32,203 nucleotides of DNA from Bdellovibrionia bacterium (GTDB lineage Bacteria > Bdellovibrionota > UBA1018), in the NCBI GenBank assembly GCA_045805065.1, contig JBJMMA010000046.1:1-32203 (forward strand). The letters are read 5' to 3'. Position 1 is the stretch's first letter. Each line of letters begins with the position of its first letter. The translations under genes and the position numbers were made by a program. Positions 1 to 8,872 of the stretch are shown here, piece after piece. The notes under the pieces were generated by a model. It saw only the letters and a program-made list of their open reading frames with translations. It was not told the origin of the DNA and did not search any database.

Positions 1-1
1 A

Positions 2-790
2 GAGATCCAAAAGCGCGAAGATGAGAAGTCCCAGTTCAATCTGTTTCATCCGACTCCGAAGCGCTTGATGAGGGATTTCAATACGGATCGGCCTGATAAA
101 ACCGAGACTCCATACACGGTCGACGCCGGGCATTTTCAGTATGAAGCGGATCTGATTCATTACTTTTACGATCGCGCGGAAGATGGGACTCTGAGCCAGC
201 TCTGGACTTTTAATTCAATGAATTTAAAGGTTGGCTTGATTCGACAAATGGATATGCAGTTGATTGTCCCGACTTACAATGTTTTATCCGTGAGCAGTGC
301 AAGTTCCAGTTACCGAGGGTATGCGGACACATTTCTCAGGTTAAAATTTAATCTAGTCGGAAACGACGGAGGTGCGGTCGCTTTCGGAGTCATGCCATTT
401 ATCAAGTTTCCGACCTCAGTATCTGGACTCGGGCTCAGGAGTTATGATGGGGGAGTGATCTTTCCATTTGCTCTGTCCCTTCCGGGAGAGTGGTCAGCAG
501 GCCTCATGTTTGTTTACTCAAAGGCCCGTGATGATACGGATGGAAATTATCACTCGGAGTTCATCTCGTCCTGGACTTTGAGTCATGCTCTGCCGGCGCA
601 TCTGGACGGATATGTTGAGATCTTTTCTCGATCCAGCAATGAGGCGGGAGCGACTTGGCTTGCGACATTTGACTTCGGCCTGGTTTATTCCGCGTCGAAA
701 GACGTTAAAATCGATGCAGGAGCCAACGTGGGGTTGACTCCTGCAGCTATTGATTATGACCCTTTCATCGGCCTCTCTTTTAGAATCTAG
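2..790 (+). CDS. Outer-membrane beta-barrel 'transporter' family protein (Phenol_MetA_deg-like), 5'-truncated by the window edge
   Basis: Frame is open from base 2 (EIQKREDEKSQFNLFHPTP...). Family-typical N-terminal motif FNLFHPTP..MRDFNTDRPDKTETPYTVDAGHFQYE, alternating beta-strand pattern and C-terminal FIGLSFRI. Confidence 0.8.
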   Translation, partial: EIQKREDEKSQFNLFHPTPKRLMRDFNTDRPDKTETPYTVDAGHFQYEADLIHYFYDRAEDGTLSQLWTFNSMNLKVGLIRQMDMQLIVPTYNVLSVSSASSSYRGYADTFLRLKFNLVGNDGGAVAFGVMPFIKFPTSVSGLGLRSYDGGVIFPFALSLPGEWSAGLMFVYSKARDDTDGNYHSEFISSWTLSHALPAHLDGYVEIFSRSSNEAGATWLATFDFGLVYSASKDVKIDAGANVGLTPAAIDYDPFIGLSFRI

Positions 791-808
791 GCAGCCTCTA
801 GCCGAAGG

Positions 809-1375
809 TTAGGCAGCTTTGAAGTAACCTTCGAGGGTTTCGCCTTTTCGGATGGCCTCTAAAACATCGTGCAACGATTCGTAGGACCAATCACCTTCGT
901 ATTTTCGACCGTTGATGAAAAAGGAGGGAGTACTTGTGACTCCGCTTTGATTACCGCCTTCAATATCCGCATCGATATGTCGCATCACTGTCGGGCTTTT
1001 CATGGCGCGCTCAAACTGGTTCAGGTTAAGTCCGATTTCTTCGGCAAAGCCCAGCAGGCTGTCCTGATCGAGAGAATTCTGGTTCTCGTAGATTGCCTGG
1101 TGCATTGGCCAGTAGCGCCTTTGGAGAGCGGCAGCTTCCGCTGCCTTGGCTGCGTCTAATGCCCTGGGATGAATATCTGGGAGAGGGAAATTTCTGAAAA
1201 CGTAGCGCAGGTCCTCACCAAATGTCTCGAGCAAGCGGGAGACAATCCCAAAGGCTTGACCGCAATAAGGACACTCGTAGTCACCGTACTCTACCAGCTC
1301 AAGAACCGCATCTGCTGGTCCTTTTGAGTGATCCGTTTCGTTGACTGGTACGGCAAGCTTTTTTCCCATCTTCAT
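809..1375 (-). CDS. DsbA/thioredoxin-fold oxidoreductase (CPYC), no signal peptide
   Basis: DHSKGP..A.LELVEYGDYECPYCG, FRNFPL..IHP and GVTSTPSFFING motifs; AGGAG Shine-Dalgarno upstream. Confidence 0.9.
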   Translation of the reverse strand: MKMGKKLAVPVNETDHSKGPADAVLELVEYGDYECPYCGQAFGIVSRLLETFGEDLRYVFRNFPLPDIHPRALDAAKAAEAAALQRRYWPMHQAIYENQNSLDQDSLLGFAEEIGLNLNQFERAMKSPTVMRHIDADIEGGNQSGVTSTPSFFINGRKYEGDWSYESLHDVLEAIRKGETLEGYFKAA

Positions 1376-1415
1376 TATAAGCGCTCCTAGTGATTCAGGA
1401 TTTCAGGGTAATGGG

Positions 1416-1431
1416 TTCAAAGCTCGTTCCA
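1416..1431 (-). promoter_or_regulatory. Sigma54-like -24/-12 element for the DsbA gene
   Basis: Minus strand TGGAACGAGCTTTGAA versus consensus TGGCACG-N4-TTGCW; -12 reads GA rather than GC. Confidence 0.4.
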
Positions 1432-1565
1432 CTCATTGGTCATTAACTGGCCATATCTGCGGCTTAAAGCTTTTCGTTGAGCAGCTGACTAATCTTTAGA
1501 CATCCATAAAATGCGGGACGGCTTGTAATCACCGGTTAAAAGGAGTTAAAGCAGGAAAAAGCGGG

Positions 1566-1581
1566 CGGCACTTGTCTTGCT
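1566..1581 (+). promoter_or_regulatory. Sigma54-type -24/-12 promoter for the App1-like gene
   Basis: CGGCACTTGTCTTGCT has GG-N10-GC with GGCAC and TTGCT. Predicted +1 near 1592, upstream of the GGAGG RBS and ATG 1609. Confidence 0.6.
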
Positions 1582-1608
1582 GTGCCCTGTCGTGTTGTGG
1601 AGGTTATC

Positions 1609-2496
1609 ATGAGTACTGTTTTGACCAGATCAGTTTGGATGCCTTGGGTTGCTTTAGCTTTTTCGAGCGTTGCCCTGGCTCAAGCGCCTCAAAGCGCCCA
1701 GATGCCGCATCGACTGATTGTTACGGATGTCGATGACACCGTAAAACTCACGGACAATACTCATACGATCGATTCGGCTATCCGTGCGGCCTTCAGCCGG
1801 AAAGCCTTCGCAGGGATCAGCACGCTATTCAAAGAGCTCCAATCGCGGAGTGAGCCTTCCGGATTGTTTGAGCATTCGACTCTCTATTTTGTGTCGGGTG
1901 GCCCTCGAATGCTTCATCAGGCCGTGGTTCAGATGATTTCAGAGAATAGTTTTCCATCGCCCTGGGTACTCTCGCTGAGAAACCTCTCGCAGTCCGTTCC
2001 GGAGTTCAAGATCCAGAAGATTTCTCAAATCGTGGATGAGGTCCCGTCCGAAGATGCTGTGATTCTTTTCGGCGATGATGGCGAGAAGGATCCCGAGACC
2101 TACGCTGAGCTCCTCAAGAAGTATCCAGATCGTATTGATAGCGTTTACATTCATCGGATCACGGGGCGCAAATTACCCGCCGGAGAAGTGGGATACGATA
2201 CTCCGATGGACGTCGCGATTCTTGAGATGGAAAAAGGTAATTTAAAAGCCGATCAGGCGATCCGAGTCGGGAAGGCTGTGCTTGCAGAGAGCGCAAAGGA
2301 TGATGAGCGGCTTGTCATTCTATATAATTATTGCCCGACGAGCTTTGAGTCAAAAACTCAAAAGAACCTCTCAGCTGCGAAGCCAGACGAGATTGAGGCC
2401 TATTCGCTCTTGTCACAAATTCAGAACCGCATGAAAAAAGTTTGCGAAGAGCGTCGCGAGGATGAAGCGCGGCGTCGTGAAAGGTCCGATTCCTGA
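1609..2496 (+). CDS. Secreted App1-family (DUF2183) phosphatidate phosphatase-like HAD protein
   Basis: IVTDVDDTVK (DxDxT), FVSGGP and LFGDDGEKDPETY motifs; signal-peptide-like N-terminus ending VALA-Q; ATG 1609 follows GGAGG. Confidence 0.8.
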   Translation: MSTVLTRSVWMPWVALAFSSVALAQAPQSAQMPHRLIVTDVDDTVKLTDNTHTIDSAIRAAFSRKAFAGISTLFKELQSRSEPSGLFEHSTLYFVSGGPRMLHQAVVQMISENSFPSPWVLSLRNLSQSVPEFKIQKISQIVDEVPSEDAVILFGDDGEKDPETYAELLKKYPDRIDSVYIHRITGRKLPAGEVGYDTPMDVAILEMEKGNLKADQAIRVGKAVLAESAKDDERLVILYNYCPTSFESKTQKNLSAAKPDEIEAYSLLSQIQNRMKKVCEERREDEARRRERSDS

Positions 2497-2549
2497 TAAA
2501 TGACCGAAATCTTGACTCCTCTGTGTAAGTCGGCGATCTTGGCAACGAG

Positions 2550-3911
2550 ATGGCGCGCGCATACGAAGTCAATTTTGACGGTCTAGTCGGTCCTACCCAT
2601 AACTACTCTGGCTTATCGCTGGGCAATATCGCATCGACTGGAAATCGAGCTTCGGTATCCAATCCTCAGGAAGCTGCGCTGCAGGGGCTTGAGAAGATGC
2701 GCTACCTGGCGCAACTTGGAATGAAGCAGGGGGTTCTTCCTCCACAAGAGCGGCCCTTCATTCCGGCGTTGAAAAAACTTGGCTTCAGTGGAAGCGATAA
2801 GCAGATTTTACGGAAAGCAGCAGCTGAGGCACCGGAGATTTTAAGTGCCTGCTATTCAGCATCGAGCATGTGGACAGCGAACGCGGCCACCGTTTCGCCA
2901 AGCGCTGATACGACCGATGGCAAGGTTCACTTTACTCCTGCCAATCTGATTTCAAAGTTTCATCGTTCCATCGAGCCTGAAACAACCGCTCGCATCTTAA
3001 AAGCGATTTTCAAGAACAAGAAGCACTTTGCGCATCACGATCCGCTTCCGCCCGGAATGTATTTTGGGGATGAAGGTGCTGCCAATCACACGCGCTTTTG
3101 CGCTGAGTATGGAAAGCCAGGAGTGGAGTTTTTTGTCTACGGTCGTAAAGCATTTGGAACGCCTGGGCCAGAACCCAAGCGTTATCCGGCGCGCCAGACG
3201 TTGGAAGCATCAAGCGCTGTTGCAAGACTTCACGAGCTTGACCCCAAGACGGTAATCTTTGCGCAGCAAAGTCCCGAAGCAATTGACGCCGGAGTTTTCC
3301 ATAACGATGTGGCCTCCGTCGGAAATCGCGATCTTCTTTTCTACCATGAAAAGGCGTTTTTGGACGCGTCTCAGACGTTGAGAGGCCTGCGTGATGCTTA
3401 CTCCTCGGTTTGCGAGGGTGAGTTTCGCTCCCTTGAGGTGAAAGAATCTCAAGTCAGCATGGCGGATGCCGTGAAGTCCTATCTTTTCAATAGCCAGCTT
3501 TTGACTCTGCCTGATGGAACGACTGCATTGCTTGCCCCGATGGAGTGTCAGGAAACTGAATCAGTGCGCCGCTACATTGATTGCCTGAGTAAAGATGCTC
3601 AATCTCCGATTCAGTCCTTTCATTTCCTGGATCTTCGTCAAAGCATGAGAAATGGCGGAGGCCCAGCATGTCTGAGGCTGCGAGTCGTTCTCACTAAAGC
3701 GGAGATGAAAGCCTGCTCGGGTCGCGTTTTCATCGAGAAGGATGATGACAAGCTCTATAAGAAGCTTGTCGCTTGGGTAAAAAAGCATTACCGAGATCAG
3801 CTCTCAATGGATGATCTTGCAGATCCCGCACTCTTAAATGAGTGCAGGACCGCGCTTGATGAGCTGACTCAGATTCTCAAGCTGGGATCGATTTATCCAT
3901 TTCAGCTCTAG
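2550..3911 (+). CDS. astB: N-succinylarginine dihydrolase
   Basis: [66 protein letters not shown] and C-terminal LGSIYPFQ; 453 aa. Confidence 0.97.
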   Translation: MARAYEVNFDGLVGPTHNYSGLSLGNIASTGNRASVSNPQEAALQGLEKMRYLAQLGMKQGVLPPQERPFIPALKKLGFSGSDKQILRKAAAEAPEILSACYSASSMWTANAATVSPSADTTDGKVHFTPANLISKFHRSIEPETTARILKAIFKNKKHFAHHDPLPPGMYFGDEGAANHTRFCAEYGKPGVEFFVYGRKAFGTPGPEPKRYPARQTLEASSAVARLHELDPKTVIFAQQSPEAIDAGVFHNDVASVGNRDLLFYHEKAFLDASQTLRGLRDAYSSVCEGEFRSLEVKESQVSMADAVKSYLFNSQLLTLPDGTTALLAPMECQETESVRRYIDCLSKDAQSPIQSFHFLDLRQSMRNGGGPACLRLRVVLTKAEMKACSGRVFIEKDDDKLYKKLVAWVKKHYRDQLSMDDLADPALLNECRTALDELTQILKLGSIYPFQL

Positions 3912-4761
3912 AAATCCATCGGCCTTTGGGGGATCTCAATTTCCTCAAGCAGGGACTCAAGACTCGAGTCCTTTTGTGACTGTGTTTTTTTAGGCTTTGC
4001 CAGACTGGAGAGGCGACCTTGCAGTGCTTTCTCCAAAAGCTCGTTGAGCCGGATGATTTGAGTGAAGTCCTTGACGACCAGATCTGGAAAGCCAGGCGAT
4101 TGGAACTCTTTCATGGAGTAAGAACGCCAGACAAAGAAGGCCTGAAGCTTGAGCCAGTCCATCCGTGGGTGATTAGGGTCAAAGCCTCGCGGAGGGCGGC
4201 TGGATGTTTTCTCTTTTGAGAAACCGCCGCGAAAGCGCGCCGAGAAACTCTTGGACGCAAAGAGTTCGTCAAACGCTGAGGCATCCTGAGCAATCGCCTC
4301 GCGAATTGCTCGAACTTGTCGGGAAGACGGCAATAAAGGCCGCCTGCCACGAGTACGTTGTCGCCATCCTCATCGTCGTTCTGGATCAGGAAAAAGAGGT
4401 TGGGATTATGGTCAAAGCGGGACTCAGCAGGCTTGGAAGCATTGTAAGACACGTAACCCTTGTACATGCTTCCGTATTCCTGGGCCTTGATCGCCGAGCG
4501 CTTGATTCGGCCGATTCCCTTTTGAGGAAAGTGATACAAGGGCGCAATGCCGCCAAGCTTTGTCTTCAGCTGCTGAGCCAGATGCTGCAAAGGGAGCTGA
4601 ACGAGCCTTTGATACTCCTCGCGGTTCTTATCGAGCCAGGCGGGATTTTTTTGACGGGACGCCTTCTTCAGAAACGCAATCGTGTCTTTAGAGAAACGAG
4701 GGGATGACCGGGAAGAAGATCGAGTACTCGAGAGCGAAACGGAGCGCGAAGATTTTGACAT
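3908..4761 (-). pseudogene. DUF2461-family protein split by a one-base frameshift near 4333 (pseudogene or sequencing error)
   Basis: N-half (FSKDTIAFLKK..KNPAWLDKNREEY..VAGGLY) and C-half (PSSRQVRAIREAI..RPPRGFDPNHP..DWLKLQ) are in different frames; adding one base after CTT TAT gives a continuous ~284-aa protein. Confidence 0.75.
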
Positions 4762-4855
4762 AAAAGAGCCCACCTTGCGGGCCCTTTTGTTGCGTATTCA
4801 CCCAAAGAAAGCAAGCCTGTTCAGGGTGGGGGGATTCAGTTAGAATTTTCAGAAG

Positions 4856-5809
4856 GTGATTCCATCACGATTTTTCTTATTTTGCTTCTTTGAACTGGCG
4901 GCACTGATAGCCCTGACGTTGCTGCCTGTCCGAGGCTATGCTGAAACGGTCTGCCAGCATTACCGCAAGGAAGCGCCTAATCTCTATAAGATCTTGTGCA
5001 CGAATGGGGGAGCCGTCACGACCAAGCCCGCTGGCGCAAGCTCGACTTTTTCGTCGGCTTTCAGTTTGAACTCGGCATCACTTCCCACAGAGCCATCGTC
5101 CTATGGGCTTGAAACCATCGTGAGTTCTTTCAAAACCCCTGACGGCGCCTTGCAGTTGAGCCCCACTTTTTCGATCGTTAAAGGATTTCAGCGCTTTGGC
5201 ACCGGCGTTTCCACGAGCAGTAACAACACGTTCTTTGGAAACGATATTGTTCAGCGCGCCAATGGCGCCTCGACGATTGATTCCTTTAGCCCTCATGAAC
5301 CTGCCAAGGGGGCATTTGCCAATCTGAATCTTGGAACTTCATTGACTGTGTTCGAGCCGGACCACGGCCCTACGCTGCGATTGGGATTTTCGCTTCGCTA
5401 TAATAAGACGACGGATACGCTCGGTGGTGGTCCAGGACTGATGCTGAACTGGAATCGCTTCACTTTGGGTGGCGGCTATACTCAGGAGCGTGTCTCCAAT
5501 GAGTTGCCTCGTGTGAAATTCGTTAATTTGATGGCAAGCGCCCGAGTATCGATCCTCGAATTTGAGTACACGCATCTCAGCAATGTCGGTGGTTACGAGC
5601 TCAAGCCGATCCACATCCTTTCCACGACGGCGAGCATTCAGAAACTCAGTCTGACTTTTGCCGTCCGTCGCCTGAATTATTATTCGGAAGGTGATGTCAC
5701 CCAGACCCATTTTGCGGTTCAGTATTTGTTCTCAAAACGCTTTTCAGCAGGCTATCTTGTGAACTATATTCCCGGCACTGCTTCCATTGGCACCCAGTTC
5801 TACTTGTGA
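4856..5809 (+). CDS. Hypothetical exported protein, probable outer-membrane beta-barrel
   Basis: Signal-peptide-like N-terminus, many amphipathic Gly/aromatic strands and terminal ASIGTQFYL. Confidence 0.65.
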   Translation: MIPSRFFLFCFFELAALIALTLLPVRGYAETVCQHYRKEAPNLYKILCTNGGAVTTKPAGASSTFSSAFSLNSASLPTEPSSYGLETIVSSFKTPDGALQLSPTFSIVKGFQRFGTGVSTSSNNTFFGNDIVQRANGASTIDSFSPHEPAKGAFANLNLGTSLTVFEPDHGPTLRLGFSLRYNKTTDTLGGGPGLMLNWNRFTLGGGYTQERVSNELPRVKFVNLMASARVSILEFEYTHLSNVGGYELKPIHILSTTASIQKLSLTFAVRRLNYYSEGDVTQTHFAVQYLFSKRFSAGYLVNYIPGTASIGTQFYL

Positions 5810-6369
5810 ACTTACGCCTGAACCTACGCCTGAACCTACATATGAACCCTGCTGAAGAAATCAATCCTGTGTCGGAATATGCATCTGCGAAAGCGACCAT
5901 CGCTCGCGAGGGGTATTTATTGTCGCCGATTGAGCTTCCGGCTGAACTTCGTCACGCCATTGAAATGCGCGATTGGGTGCGTGTGGATCAGCTGATCCAG
6001 CTTGAGACTCAACCCGGAGGCGTCATCTTCGAGGAGCTTCGCAAGTACGAGAACTTCACACAGATCGAATTCATCATCTCGATTCGTTCCTCTTTGAAAG
6101 AGCCGGACGAAGACGGGATCTGGCATGACGATGGATCCCGAGTTCTGGCGTTCTCGCTTTCACTGACTCTTGATGCGGATGCCGTCGAGGGCGGACGCCT
6201 TGAGATGAGAAAACGCACCCGCGAAGGTGTGTCAGAAGTTCTTCACACCATTCCGACTCCTCCCTTTGGAACGGCGATTATCTTTGCTACGGGCCATCAT
6301 GGATTTGAGCACAAGATTAATCGCGTAAGCGGCGGCGAGAGAATCATTATCGCTGGATGGTGTACTTGA
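5806..6369 (+). CDS. 2OG-Fe(II) oxygenase family protein (alternative start ATG 5842)
   Basis: WHDD (HxD), EGGRLE, distal HKINRV and ERIIIAGW; GTG overlaps the upstream stop (GTGA). Confidence 0.8.
   Translation: MNLRLNLRLNLHMNPAEEINPVSEYASAKATIAREGYLLSPIELPAELRHAIEMRDWVRVDQLIQLETQPGGVIFEELRKYENFTQIEFIISIRSSLKEPDEDGIWHDDGSRVLAFSLSLTLDADAVEGGRLEMRKRTREGVSEVLHTIPTPPFGTAIIFATGHHGFEHKINRVSGGERIIIAGWCT
5807..5847 (+). repeat. 12-bp tandem repeat at a gene junction
   Basis: TGAACTTACGCC / TGAACCTACGCC / TGAACCTACATA / TGAAC, encoding NLRLNLRLNLHMN. Confidence 0.8.
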
Positions 6370-7797
6370 TTACCTGACTGCAGCGGGAAAGCGCAGGGTA
6401 AAGACGGTGCGGCCTGGTTCTGAATCAAAGTTCACCCGGCCATTCATCAGCCTGACTTGTGAGTCGACAAACGAGAGTCCGATTCCGGTGCCTTTTCCAT
6501 GGGGCTTGGTCGTGTAAAATGGCGTGAACACTTTGGATGCAATCTCAGTGGGAATCCCGCAGCCGTTATCCGTGACGTCGATCCGAACGACGCTTTCTTC
6601 CTGAGAGGCTGACAAACGGATCTTACGCTCGGCCTGGCCTTCGGTTGCGTCGCTTGCGTTTTGAAGAAGATTGAGAAGTACTTGCTGGAGCTTGCCGCGA
6701 CTTCCCAGGATGTGAGGAAGATCCGGCTGGATCTCCAATTGAAGCTCGACTCGTTCGCGGACGTAAATCGGTCGCATCATCTCAGCGACTTCGTTCAGAG
6801 CGCGGGCAATGCTGATTCTTTCGTTCTCCGTTGCCTCTTGGCGGGCGTGGTCTCTCAAACCGCGCACGATCGCAAGCATGCGCGAAGTGGAGTCCTGAAT
6901 CTTTTCAAAGATTTTTCGCACGCGTTCCTGGTCCAGATTTTCGGATCGCATTCCCACGTCGAGATAGCCCTGAATAATGAAAAGGGGATTCACAAGCTCG
7001 TGCGCCACGGTCGCCGTCATCTCGCCAATCTGAGCCAGGCGCATTGAGTTTTGAACGCGGAGCAGGCGCTCCCGATTGGCTTTCTCTGTGAGCGCGGTAA
7101 GGCGGATAATCTCAACGAAGATGGCGACGAATAGAAAAGGCACAGCATAAGAGTCAAGTCTCATCGAGGCGATCACGTCGTTGAGGATCGCCAAGAGGGT
7201 AAGCGTCAACCCGAACATCAGCCATTTGTCCCCACGGGTTTTCAATAAACGATAGAGAAAATAGGAGAAGCTCGAAACTTCGATCAAGATGAACAAAATC
7301 CCGACCGCAGCCATCATCCCGCTTGCGCTGAAGGCATGCTGGACTCGATCACGCATCCCTTCCGGAACAGCCAGGGGAGAAGTCGGCATGGGCTCGGCAG
7401 AGAAAAAAAACGTCTTTCCCGTGAGCAGCAGCAGTACAAGGCTGGAGATCGCTGGAAGAAGCAAGAGAGCCACGAGTTTTCTGACCCATGGAATCCATGA
7501 AAAGCGAGGTTGAAAATAGGCCCCAAGAGCTCCGATGTGGAAGTAGACCATCGTGGCTCCGCTGATCCAGCATAGGTGGGCTATGACTCTCAACCAATGA
7601 GCGTTGGTCGTTAACCAGACGCTCTGCCAGCAGAAATAATAAGAGGCCGCAGCCAGCGACATCGGAACGATGTAGGCGTACGGGACGAAGGGCTCGACTC
7701 GGGACATTCGGCGCACGACGAACGCATGATAGAGAAAGACCGCCGCAAACATCGGCTGGAGTTCGAACATGAAGTTTTGCAGAGTTGCCAAATTCAT
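6370..7797 (-). CDS. Membrane-bound sensor histidine kinase (multi-TM N-terminus, HisKA, HATPase_c)
   Basis: About 7 hydrophobic segments, H-box AHELVNP, N-box NLLQNASDA, DNGCGI, FTPFYTTK and GTGIGL. Start set at ATG 7797 because the longer ORF overlaps the divergent carbonic anhydrase gene. Confidence 0.9.
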   Translation of the reverse strand: MNLATLQNFMFELQPMFAAVFLYHAFVVRRMSRVEPFVPYAYIVPMSLAAASYYFCWQSVWLTTNAHWLRVIAHLCWISGATMVYFHIGALGAYFQPRFSWIPWVRKLVALLLLPAISSLVLLLLTGKTFFFSAEPMPTSPLAVPEGMRDRVQHAFSASGMMAAVGILFILIEVSSFSYFLYRLLKTRGDKWLMFGLTLTLLAILNDVIASMRLDSYAVPFLFVAIFVEIIRLTALTEKANRERLLRVQNSMRLAQIGEMTATVAHELVNPLFIIQGYLDVGMRSENLDQERVRKIFEKIQDSTSRMLAIVRGLRDHARQEATENERISIARALNEVAEMMRPIYVRERVELQLEIQPDLPHILGSRGKLQQVLLNLLQNASDATEGQAERKIRLSASQEESVVRIDVTDNGCGIPTEIASKVFTPFYTTKPHGKGTGIGLSFVDSQVRLMNGRVNFDSEPGRTVFTLRFPAAVR

Positions 7798-7929
7798 AAA
7801 TGTCGTAAATTGATCTTTTAGCCGGGCAAAGCAGTTTTGCCTAGTCTGGACTGCGATATATTGGCCGAGAATGCAGACTTGACGGTTTTTATTGTCTTCC
7901 TGTTTGGATCGTATAAATAACGACCAATT

Positions 7930-8616
7930 ATGAAAAAAGTGATTCGTGGCATCGTTGATTTTCGTCAAAACATGCGTCCACTGTGCAAGGACAGATTTGC
8001 TCAACTTGCACTCGGGCAACGTCCGGACGCGCTTTTCATCGCCTGCTCGGATAGCCGAGTTGTTCCAAACCTTTTTGCATCTTCTGATCCAGGTGATCTT
8101 TTTGTGGTCAGAAATGTTGGAAACCTGATTCCTCCTTGTGGAGAAGAGGGGCGATCCACTAGTGACGAGTCAGAAGCTGCAGCGATTGAATTTGCGCTCC
8201 TGAACCTGCCGGTATCTGAAATCATTGTTTGTGGCCACTCCGAGTGCGGCGCTATGCGCGCGCTGGTTGAGAATAGCCAGATCAATCAGGCTCCCAATCT
8301 CATGAGCTGGCTTCGCCACGGGAAAAAAGGCCTTAAAAAGCTTCAGGAAGGCACGACAATGGGATGCAATCTGGAGCGTCACAATCAGCTCTCGCAGCTC
8401 AACGTTTTAGCGCAGACCGAGCATTTGATGACTTACCCCATTGTTCAAAAGCGTGTGAGCGAGGGGAGTTTGCGTCTTCATGGATGGTGGTTTGATATTA
8501 AAGAAGCTGATGTCTATCAGTATGATGAAGCGGATCGTCGCTTCCATCTCATCGATGAAAGTTACGCGCGGGTTCTCATTGAGCGCGCCAACAGCAGCGC
8601 AAATCGCGTCAACTGA
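7930..8616 (+). CDS. cynT: Beta-class carbonic anhydrase (CynT-like)
   Basis: GQRPDALFIACSDSR, PGDLFVVRNVGN, IIVCGHSECGAM zinc ligands and LHGWWFDI. The symbol reflects clade resemblance; no cynS is nearby. Confidence 0.93.
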   Translation: MKKVIRGIVDFRQNMRPLCKDRFAQLALGQRPDALFIACSDSRVVPNLFASSDPGDLFVVRNVGNLIPPCGEEGRSTSDESEAAAIEFALLNLPVSEIIVCGHSECGAMRALVENSQINQAPNLMSWLRHGKKGLKKLQEGTTMGCNLERHNQLSQLNVLAQTEHLMTYPIVQKRVSEGSLRLHGWWFDIKEADVYQYDEADRRFHLIDESYARVLIERANSSANRVN

Positions 8617-8872
8617 TTCATCGATGTGGCCAATCGCACGATAGGGCGCAGTTTGGCCTTTAATTCAGAGCCTATTTGTCCCCAGTTTCAAAGAGTAACT
8701 TCCGTCCCTTTGGGTAAACCCAAATTATTTTAGCTACTTACTGTTTTGGCTCGTTGGATTGGAACTTGCTCAGCATGCCAACCAAGTAGCAAGCAGTAAG
8801 AACTACTTTGTAATTTTAGGGGATCGAGCAGTGCCTATTTTCGCACCGCTCTTATTTTTTGGGAGATCAAAA

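Noticed and set aside
4111..4332. C-terminal part of the 220-aa ORF (CRLPDKFEQ...)
   Set aside because: Out-of-frame run-on after the frameshift; the family-like sequence continues in the other frame.
7825..7842. GGCAAA-N5-TTTGCC inverted repeat between the kinase and carbonic anhydrase genes
   Set aside because: Only 6-bp arms and a single occurrence; too weak to call.
7798..8019. 74-aa N-terminal extension of the 549-aa kinase ORF
   Set aside because: It overlaps the clear carbonic anhydrase gene on the other strand and the shared intergenic region; ATG 7797 is more plausible.
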